Shown here: piece by piece, positions 56,365 to 64,000 of the stretch
How the letters are laid out: every line of letters begins with the position of its first letter
Position numbering within the stretch: the first letter of the stretch is position 1
Source of the DNA: Minisyncoccia bacterium
GTDB taxonomy: Bacteria > Patescibacteriota > Minisyncoccia > Phycocordibacterales > Phycocordibacteraceae
Direction: 5' to 3'
DNA: 64,000 nt
Assembly: GCA_038228545.1 (NCBI GenBank)
Contig: JBBRPE010000003.1
Location: 64,442 to 128,441, forward strand
Position numbers and translations under genes: made by a program
The notes under the pieces: generated by a model
Told to the model about the DNA's origin: nothing
The model's input: the letters and a program-made list of their open reading frames with translations, nothing else
The model's database searches: none

Positions 56365-58155
56365 TTAGCGTTCGCTGTCTTGAACCATTTTCATAAAGAC
56401 TTCTTGCGGTATCTCCATAGATGCATGCGCACCACGACGCTTTTTTCCCTTCTTTTGCTTCTCGAGGAGCTTCATACGACGGGTAATATCACCTCCGTAG
56501 AGATAACCGGTGACGTCTTTGCGAAGTGCCGAGATGGACCGCGACGAAATAATGCGTCCGATAGCGTGTGCCTGAATCTTCACGACGAACATCTGGCGCG
56601 GAAGAATATCATGGAGTTTCTCTACCATGCGTTCCCCTTCTTCTTGTACACGACGACGGGAAACCACACGTGCAAATGCCGGAACCGCTTCCTCCGCAAC
56701 ATATATCTCCAGCTTCACGACATCAGCAACGCGTTCTTCAAGAAACTCGTACGAAAGAGAAGCATATCCGGACGAGACGTTCTTTACCTTATCGAAGAAT
56801 CCGCGCATGAGTTCACGTAACGGCATCTGTGCTGCGAGCTCGATGCGACCATCAAGATGCGTCTGTGTATCCATAACGGCGCCCTCGTGATCATGGAACA
56901 CTTGCAATAGCCCCGAAAGAGATTCCGGTGGCGTAATGAGTACGACTTTCACCCAAGGCTCTTCAATCGTTTGAATATCGCCAAACGCGGGAAACTTGGA
57001 AGCAGTATAAATAGTTTCTCGCTTCCCTTTCGTATCGGTCACGATGTACGCAATGGTAGGAATGGTGACGATGAGTGAGAGGTCAAACTCGCGTTTCAAA
57101 CGCTCGACGATAATTTCCAAGTGGAGCATGCCGAGGAAACCACAGCGGAAACCACGGCCAAGCACACCCGAAGATTCTTCCTCAAACGAGAGGGATGAGT
57201 CCGAAAGACGGAGGCGTTCGAGGGCCTGACGCAGCTCGGTGAGCGTGTCCTGATTCTCGGGGTAGACTGAGGCCCACACTACCGGACGAGGGCGCTCAAA
57301 GCCTTCCAGAGCGCCTACAGAGGCCCTATCCGAGGTAATGGTGTCTCCCACAGCGACGACGCCTGCCTCCTTAATACCGGTAACAATATAGCCGATTTCT
57401 CCCGCCTCGAGACCTTCCGTCGGGGTTTCGTCCGGCATGAATATGCCCGTCTCAAGGGCTGTGAATTTCTTGTCAGCAAAGGCAAATTTAAGGGCAGAGC
57501 CTTTCTTAACGGAGCCATCAAACACGCGGGCGTACACCGCGATACCACGATGCGTTGAGTAGGAGAAATCAAAAATGAGTGCGCGTGGTTCGGTCGAAGT
57601 ACTTGGACGTGGAGCAGGTACACGAGCAAGTATTGCCTCAAGCAAGTCTTCAACACCTTCACCCGTGCGACCGGAAACAGCGAGCACACTTTCTTCGTCT
57701 ACTCCGAGAAGCGCCGCAAGCTCCGTGGTTACTTCCTCCGGACGAGCAGCGGGTGCATCAATCTTCGAAATAACCGGAATAATGACGCAGCCCGCTTTCT
57801 TTGCCATCCCAAGTGTGGTGAGCGTCTGTGCCTGGACGCCCTGTGTAGAATCAACGAGCAGGATAACACCCTCCACTGCCGAAAGAGCACGTGAGACTTC
57901 GTACGCAAAATCGATGTGTCCCGGTGTGTCGATGAGGTTCAGTACGTAGTCGATGCCATCTTTACCTTTGTACTTCATGCGCGCTGGCTGCATCTTAATC
58001 GTGATACCGCGCTCGCGCTCAAGGTCCATTTTGTCGAGCACCTGGTCGCGCATTTTACGTGCTTCGATGGTGCCGGTACGTTCAAGAAGCCGGTCCGCGA
58101 GGGTCGACTTGCCGTGATCGATATGAGCAATGATTGAGAAGTTTCGGATATTCAT
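56365..58155 (-). CDS. lepA: Elongation factor 4
   Basis: IRNFSIIAHIDHGKST, GFRCGFLGMLH, YGGDITR. Confidence 0.97.
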   Translation of the reverse strand: MNIRNFSIIAHIDHGKSTLADRLLERTGTIEARKMRDQVLDKMDLERERGITIKMQPARMKYKGKDGIDYVLNLIDTPGHIDFAYEVSRALSAVEGVILLVDSTQGVQAQTLTTLGMAKKAGCVIIPVISKIDAPAARPEEVTTELAALLGVDEESVLAVSGRTGEGVEDLLEAILARVPAPRPSTSTEPRALIFDFSYSTHRGIAVYARVFDGSVKKGSALKFAFADKKFTALETGIFMPDETPTEGLEAGEIGYIVTGIKEAGVVAVGDTITSDRASVGALEGFERPRPVVWASVYPENQDTLTELRQALERLRLSDSSLSFEEESSGVLGRGFRCGFLGMLHLEIIVERLKREFDLSLIVTIPTIAYIVTDTKGKRETIYTASKFPAFGDIQTIEEPWVKVVLITPPESLSGLLQVFHDHEGAVMDTQTHLDGRIELAAQMPLRELMRGFFDKVKNVSSGYASLSYEFLEERVADVVKLEIYVAEEAVPAFARVVSRRRVQEEGERMVEKLHDILPRQMFVVKIQAHAIGRIISSRSISALRKDVTGYLYGGDITRRMKLLEKQKKGKKRRGAHASMEIPQEVFMKMVQDSER

Positions 58156-58156
58156 G

Positions 58157-59839
58157 TTACGTGTCAGAGCGATCTTCAAGAATAGCTCCATGTGGCTGAA
58201 GCGCCTTTGTGGAGGTGAGGCGCTTTAAGGAATCAATGAGTTCTTTGAATTCCTGATTCTCGAGAAGTGCAAGGACTGCGGCGGCGACGGCTAGCCCCAC
58301 CATACCAGCAACAGCACCCTCAAGGAAGACGGTCGTGAGACGAGTGAGCGGAGCAAGGGTACCCATAAATGAGAGTACGCCGTAGCTTGCTGTGCCTCCC
58401 AAAATTGCCGCTCCGAAGCCTTCAAACATAGGACGCACGAGCGAGCCCGCTACACCGGGCGCGACCGTACGTAGTGTTATAAGAGCAACCAGACCCATAA
58501 GTACCTGCCCTATCGTTGCTCCAAGTGCGATGAAAAGAATGCTGGTACCCGGTACATCTCCCACACGGAACAATGCTTCAAGGAAGTAACGAATGGCGGG
58601 ATAGTGCGAAGCCAGCGCAACAAGACCCCATGCTGACGCAACCGAAATACCACAGTCAGCAAGCTGCACCAGGAGCGGATTCCAGGATTTCTGCGCAGCA
58701 TAGAACGCTCGAGCAGCGAGAAGTATGAGCCCTTGCGCCATGAGTCCAACGACGAGGATAGCGAGTACTGCCGCAGTGAGGCGTGTGTCATTCCAATCGA
58801 ACGCGCCTGAGCCAAGAATGATACGCACAATATACGCGCGCATCACGATAGTGAGCACCGTAATGACTGCTGACCAGAAGATAATGTGACGCGCTGCCGC
58901 AGTGAGCGTTGTTTTAAACTCTCCGAATCGCTTCGCACTAATATGTTCTGCAAGCACGGGGAACGCGGCTGTGGCGTACGACGCACCAATAAGCGAGAGT
59001 GGCACTGCCTCAAGATTTCCTGCAAGCGTATATACCGAGACTCCACCGGATGAGGTGCGTGATGCAAGCGAAATCAAGAGAAGTGTAATGACAGAACTCA
59101 TACCAAGCGCCATGGAGCGCGGTACCGAGCTTTTCATCACGGACCACATTATTGCAGGCGACGGAATAACCAGTCGTGGCAAGAGCTTAGCTTGCATCAC
59201 TACCGGAATGTGAATAGCCAAGTGGAAGAACGCTCCAATCACAACACCCATGCCAATGCCAGGTAATCCGAATATCGGGTACAACACTACGGTACCGAAG
59301 ATAATGCCTACGTTGTAGAGCACTGGCGACAGGGCAAACAAAACGAATCGCCGATGTATCTGCGTCACGCTTGTGAGGATTCCCGAGAGTCCGAGGAATA
59401 TCGGCTGGATGAGAAGTAGGCGTGCGAGTAGTACGAACTCAGCGGCGTGTGCCGAATTCTTAAATGTCGGAAACAAGAGAAAGAGGAATGAAGGCGCGGC
59501 GAAGGCAAGCACCCCACAGATTATTCCTCCGCCGATAAGTAGGAACGACGCGCAGTGTGAGAGTAATTTCTTTGCGTCACCGGTGTCTGCTTTGGCAATA
59601 CGCGGAATGAGTACGTATGCCGAGACTAACGACGCGACCAACGCAAATACGACGTCCGGCACCTTGAAGGCGGCGTAGTAGAGGTCGAGTATTTCCCCTG
59701 CCCCAAACTGGTGTGCAAAGAGACGGTCGCGAAACAACGCGAGCGCTTGGGACACCAGTGTTAGGGCTGCAAGCAAGTACGCGGCCTGATGTAGGCCGCG
59801 TACCGGGGATACTAATGTCTTCAGTATCCTGCTAACCAT
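58157..59839 (-). CDS. murJ: Lipid II flippase MurJ
   Basis: RDRLFAHQFGAG...AAFKVPD, multi-TM, RAFYA. Confidence 0.85.
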   Translation of the reverse strand: MVSRILKTLVSPVRGLHQAAYLLAALTLVSQALALFRDRLFAHQFGAGEILDLYYAAFKVPDVVFALVASLVSAYVLIPRIAKADTGDAKKLLSHCASFLLIGGGIICGVLAFAAPSFLFLLFPTFKNSAHAAEFVLLARLLLIQPIFLGLSGILTSVTQIHRRFVLFALSPVLYNVGIIFGTVVLYPIFGLPGIGMGVVIGAFFHLAIHIPVVMQAKLLPRLVIPSPAIMWSVMKSSVPRSMALGMSSVITLLLISLASRTSSGGVSVYTLAGNLEAVPLSLIGASYATAAFPVLAEHISAKRFGEFKTTLTAAARHIIFWSAVITVLTIVMRAYIVRIILGSGAFDWNDTRLTAAVLAILVVGLMAQGLILLAARAFYAAQKSWNPLLVQLADCGISVASAWGLVALASHYPAIRYFLEALFRVGDVPGTSILFIALGATIGQVLMGLVALITLRTVAPGVAGSLVRPMFEGFGAAILGGTASYGVLSFMGTLAPLTRLTTVFLEGAVAGMVGLAVAAAVLALLENQEFKELIDSLKRLTSTKALQPHGAILEDRSDT

Positions 59840-59855
59840 GTGCTCAAGTGTAGCA

Positions 59856-62327
59856 CTACTTGGTCGTTGTGGTGCCAGCTGGTGCAGGCGGAGTCACTCC
59901 GGCCTGTCCGGGCTTAGCTGTTGGTTCTGCTACTGGCTGTGGAATCCCGAGTGCGCCGAGGCGAGATGGCGGGAACGGATTCTTGCCGGCCGTGAGGCTT
60001 GCGATATCCGGCGCCACTGCCTTTGCGTTATCCGGTGAGAACGCTGCGACCGTGTTGAGTTCCGTGAGGGACTTCGCAAGGTCACCCTTGATGGCGTACA
60101 TCACACCGAGGAAGAAGTGAGCGTTTGCGTACTGCGGATTCGCCTGAATTGCAGCCTGAAGTGCCTGAATGGCGCCATCAGTGTTGCCGTTAGCCGAGCG
60201 CAGGATGCCGACCTGGAAGAGCACGGTTGGGTCGGTTGGGGCGAAGTATGCCGCTGCTTCAGCTGCCTGAAGAGCTTCCTTCGCCTTGCCCTCCTGAGCC
60301 TGAAGCTGCGAGAGGAGGAAGATGGCCTGCGTGTAGTCATGCTTAAGCGTAATAGCCTTCACAAGATCTTCTTCTGCAGGAGCACCATTACCCTTCGCAA
60401 TTTCAAGTTGAGCGAGAATGAACGGAAGCGTCGGATTTGTTGGCGATAGCGTCTGGGCCTGCGTAAATGCAGCCTTCGCGTTATCGAATGCGCCCTCGAT
60501 ATTGAGAGGCACCACCGTTTCGTAAACGTTTCCGAGCATTACCCAGTTCTGGTAGTTCTTCGGCCAGAGGCGGGTTGCCGTTGTTCCAGCCTGAATACCA
60601 CCAGTAAGCGCTGCCTGGAACTGCTGCTGTGCATCTGCCGGGCTGAGTGCGGTGTTAGCCACAATCTGACGCATGCGTGCGATGCCGATAGCCGCAGCGA
60701 GCTGATACGCTCGTTCGCTTGGAGCGAAGAGAATAGAGCGGTTCACTGCAGTCGTAGCGCCGGCAAGGTCGCTCTTCGCGTAGTCAACGGTCGCCGTTGC
60801 GTAAGCAAGGTCACCGAGGTAACGCTCAACGACAACGTATGCGGCAACTACTGATGCAAGAAGCAGGAGCGTAAGGCCGAATACGATGACGAAGCCGATG
60901 CGCGGACTACGAGCGAAGATGACACCGTATTCACGACGCTCTCGGCCGTAGCGGAGAGACGATATGAATATACCGAGCATCATAAACCCGACCATCAGCA
61001 CTATCGGACCGGGCACCGTAAGAATCGAAAGTACGAATACGTACAGCGTTCCCGTAAAGGAAGCGAGCGATACGTACCGCATAAACGGATCAGACGGTGT
61101 ACGGAACAGAAGTGCACGAATACCGAAGAACCGTAACATCCCGAGGAATGCGAGCCACGCGAGCACGCCGATTACTCCGGTCGTCACGAATGACGTTGGA
61201 AGATAGCCGATGCCGGACGTGAAGTCTACATTCCAGAAGATAGTGTCGTTAAGCGAGCGGTCACGGAACTTGAGCCACTGCGTACCGAACGTTCCTGGAC
61301 CGGATCCGAAGATTGGCGAGGTTGCGTAGGTGTGGCTACCGACATCAAACGTTGACTGCCACGATGGACGGACGTCGATGACGTTCGCATTGAAGGCAGT
61401 CACAAGTGCGTTTCCAATGGTCGATCCTCCAATAAGGAAGAAGAGGGCCACGAGAAGCGTTATGAGAGGTGCGGCAAGAGCGGAAGAATCCGGCTCTGCG
61501 GTCTCCATATCGCGTTCACCTGATACGACGGACACGCCGTCGAAATCAGCGTCGTCCCCTTGAGGACGTTTCTTCATAATTGCCTCGATAAAGAGACCGA
61601 GAGCAACGAGCGCCACCATACCCCAGACAATCTGGGAGTTCACGAGTGCGAGCACGGCAAGTCCGATAGCAGCACCGACGTATATCGCTATGCGAGCACG
61701 TCCGGTGATAGTAAGGAACCTAAGCGCAAGCAACGTGAGCGTAAGTGCGAGACCAATGAGGATACCCAAATCCCCAAAGGTGCCGACCAAGTTCACGGTA
61801 GGCGTCACCAAAGATGGAGCAATCTTGCCCACGATGATGAATCCAAGCTGCGCGACAAGCACGACGCCCATAAGCACTGCACCCCACTTGAAGAACGTGC
61901 GGTAGTGCGGGCCACGACGGAATGCGAGTGCGGTAAGCGTTGCTATCGCAGCCATGAGCACCATAAATCCGAGCGTATCGGATTCAAGGTCAGTGCCGAA
62001 AAACGCCGTAACGAGATTCGTACCGGAGAAAAGTGCCGAAAGCAGGTATGCAATCGGAACTATCCACAGTGCTCCAAGAAGCGGAAGCGGCGGAACAATG
62101 ACGTTACCGCGACGCAAGCGAGCGAGGATGAAGAACACGAGAGCGACCAATCCACCGATAGCGAGGATCGAAATCTTCGTATAGATAAACGGAATCGTCT
62201 GTGACGGAATAAAGGCAATAGTGGCAAGACCGCCTGAGGCGATCAGTGCCCATATTGCTGCAGCATCGAACGAAAAACGCCGAGGGTTAGGCGTAGTCGC
62301 CGACACAGGTGTAGCTGTATCTGACAT
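59856..62327 (-). CDS. O-antigen-ligase-like polytopic membrane protein with C-terminal TPRs
   Basis: Many TMs, PIFGSGPGTF motif, TPR-like helical repeats. Confidence 0.7.
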   Translation of the reverse strand: MSDTATPVSATTPNPRRFSFDAAAIWALIASGGLATIAFIPSQTIPFIYTKISILAIGGLVALVFFILARLRRGNVIVPPLPLLGALWIVPIAYLLSALFSGTNLVTAFFGTDLESDTLGFMVLMAAIATLTALAFRRGPHYRTFFKWGAVLMGVVLVAQLGFIIVGKIAPSLVTPTVNLVGTFGDLGILIGLALTLTLLALRFLTITGRARIAIYVGAAIGLAVLALVNSQIVWGMVALVALGLFIEAIMKKRPQGDDADFDGVSVVSGERDMETAEPDSSALAAPLITLLVALFFLIGGSTIGNALVTAFNANVIDVRPSWQSTFDVGSHTYATSPIFGSGPGTFGTQWLKFRDRSLNDTIFWNVDFTSGIGYLPTSFVTTGVIGVLAWLAFLGMLRFFGIRALLFRTPSDPFMRYVSLASFTGTLYVFVLSILTVPGPIVLMVGFMMLGIFISSLRYGRERREYGVIFARSPRIGFVIVFGLTLLLLASVVAAYVVVERYLGDLAYATATVDYAKSDLAGATTAVNRSILFAPSERAYQLAAAIGIARMRQIVANTALSPADAQQQFQAALTGGIQAGTTATRLWPKNYQNWVMLGNVYETVVPLNIEGAFDNAKAAFTQAQTLSPTNPTLPFILAQLEIAKGNGAPAEEDLVKAITLKHDYTQAIFLLSQLQAQEGKAKEALQAAEAAAYFAPTDPTVLFQVGILRSANGNTDGAIQALQAAIQANPQYANAHFFLGVMYAIKGDLAKSLTELNTVAAFSPDNAKAVAPDIASLTAGKNPFPPSRLGALGIPQPVAEPTAKPGQAGVTPPAPAGTTTTK

Positions 62328-62479
62328 ATTTTTGTTGTTACTCCGTAATCACGGGATTAACCCAAGCACATTAATAATGCCTCTTTAGTATAGCTAGATA
62401 TGCCCTGGTCAAGGCGATAAGGTGTGGGGATAGAAAAGCAAAAGCTCAAGCCGTAGGCTTGAGCTTTTGCATGTTTGTT

Positions 62480-62809
62480 GGACTGGTTCGATAAGCCGAA
62501 TTCTGTCATTCCCGGAGGAACGGACGACCATTTATCTGGGCCGTATGTTGCCATACGGCTCGAGCGGCACCCCTTCCGAAGAAGGTACGGCCTTGCACCG
62601 AAGTAAGGATTTTGCCGTTTCAGCCTGAAGTCGCCCTCAGGACGCTCTACGAGAGAGCATCTACCCTTTCGGGATCGATCGTTTCTGTTCGCACCTCGCA
62701 CATTACTGTGGACGGGCGTTACCCGCTACCCTTCTGCCTGCATTGCTGCAAGCCGGAGTTCGGACTTTCCTCAGCACGCGAGCGGTGTTGCGATCGTCTG
62801 AACCAGTCC
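62480..62809 (-). ncRNA. rnpB: RNase P RNA
   Basis: P1 GGACTGGTTC/GAACCAGTCC, GAGGAAAGTCCG, ACAGAATTCGGCTTAT. Confidence 0.95.
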
Positions 62810-62849
62810 GAAACTATTATACCACGCGAAGTGGATTTCGCCAGTTTAC

Positions 62850-63338
62850 CTACTTTGCGTAGGGAGCCGGAAGTGGAATTGTTGTGCCCACTGTCCACCC
62901 ATGGTCGTTGGCGTAGCCTGCTTGTGTCTCAACAACATAGCGGACAGGCACCGGTGGATAGAACGGATGCGGATAGGTAGAAGGGTCAACTGAGTGGTCT
63001 ATGAGAATGATAGTGCCGGTGTCCGATAGCCAGGTGATATCGAGAGGAACAAGCATGTCCTTCATCCAGAATCCGTAGCGGTCCGGTGTTTTAAAGACAA
63101 ACAACATGGCGTAGTTGTCAGGAATCATTGCTCTGTTACTTAAGCCAAGTTCTTGCTTTGCTTCTGTATCAGCTATTTCAAACTGCAGTGCCACAGCAGG
63201 AGTCCTGGCAATAGTCGCAAAAATGTCCTTTAGAGGATTTCTATAGGACATCTGAGAGCTTGCGAGCAACGCTCCGACTCCTATAACAACAAGGACTGCA
63301 AGAACACCGAACACAACGCGTGAATGTAGAAACTTCAT
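62850..63338 (-). CDS. DUF192 family protein
   Basis: EIADT...GLSNR, MLFVF, FWMKDM..PLDI, YVVE. Confidence 0.88.
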   Translation of the reverse strand: MKFLHSRVVFGVLAVLVVIGVGALLASSQMSYRNPLKDIFATIARTPAVALQFEIADTEAKQELGLSNRAMIPDNYAMLFVFKTPDRYGFWMKDMLVPLDITWLSDTGTIILIDHSVDPSTYPHPFYPPVPVRYVVETQAGYANDHGWTVGTTIPLPAPYAK

Positions 63339-63397
63339 ACGTATATGATAACGCACCCATGTAAGGACCAAAGTGCTTAGTATGGTACGGTACGCAC

Positions 63398-64000
63398 ATG
63401 CACTGGCTTGCCACCTTCTTTATAGGGCTTCTCTCGCTTATGGGTGTGGGTCATGTTTCGTTTATAGACAGCGTTGCAACCACAACGCCCGCACATCCGG
63501 TAGATACGAGCGGCGCTCCTTTGCGGATTCCAATTTTTATCTATCACACGACGAAGCCCGAAGACCCTCAGAAACCAAGTAAACCGACCGACTACGTCAC
63601 CGATCCGTCACTTCTGGACGAACAGCTCACCTACCTCGACACGCACGGGTACACTACCGTCACCATGAAGCAGGTCGCGGATATGCTCAAGCGAGGAACA
63701 ACGTCCCCGTATATAAAACCGGTGGCGCTTACGTTCGACGACGGATGGGTTACGCAATACAAGTACGCTCTACCGCTTTTAAAAAAGCACCACGTGCAGT
63801 CAACGTTTTATATCTATCCGAACCCTATCGGCAAGGACGATCGCTTCATGACCTGGGACGAGCTTAAGGAAGTACGGGACTCAGGTGCAGAAATTGCAGA
63901 CCATACGCTCACACATCCCCTTATGTCCAAGCAAACACCCGAGATGCTCCACCACGAGATGTATGACAGCAAGACCATCCTTGAAGAGAAACTTGGAGTA
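63398..64000 (+). CDS. Polysaccharide deacetylase (partial, runs off the window; not in ORF track)
   Basis: Manual translation: PIFIYH, LTFDDG, MTWDELKE, HTLTHP. Confidence 0.88.
   Translation, partial: MHWLATFFIGLLSLMGVGHVSFIDSVATTTPAHPVDTSGAPLRIPIFIYHTTKPEDPQKPSKPTDYVTDPSLLDEQLTYLDTHGYTTVTMKQVADMLKRGTTSPYIKPVALTFDDGWVTQYKYALPLLKKHHVQSTFYIYPNPIGKDDRFMTWDELKEVRDSGAEIADHTLTHPLMSKQTPEMLHHEMYDSKTILEEKLGV

Overview
64 kb of a compact bacterial chromosome, standard genetic code. Gene content points to Patescibacteria/CPR, Parcubacteria-like (inference: VirB2-like pilin array, N-terminally short IF2, four-domain S1, short ValRS, core genes mostly without Shine-Dalgarno sites). The core includes clpB, infB-rbfA, gyrA, rpsA, pth, lepB, ftsAZ, trxB, tsaC/tsaD, valS, lepA, murJ, rnpB and 11 tRNAs. 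The most striking signal is non-coding. Seven of the 11 tRNA genes carry short attached elements built from copies of that tRNA's own ends. Three of these (Trp, Ser, Glu) share one ~190 bp architecture: an antisense copy of the tRNA 3' end split by a TGGGR-loop hairpin, a conserved covarying 67-nt core, then a direct copy of the 3' end. The Trp locus also hosts an HUH/RAYT transposase with 20-bp inverted repeats. Other notable features: a run of att-like direct repeats related to a tRNA-Gln-type 3' end that separates single accessory genes (30.7-33.5 kb); two families of ~150 bp covarying palindromic repeats; two pilins fused to peptidoglycan-hydrolase domains; and several small ORFs and candidate ncRNAs missing from the ORF track. 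All product calls come from motif recognition by eye, not database searches.
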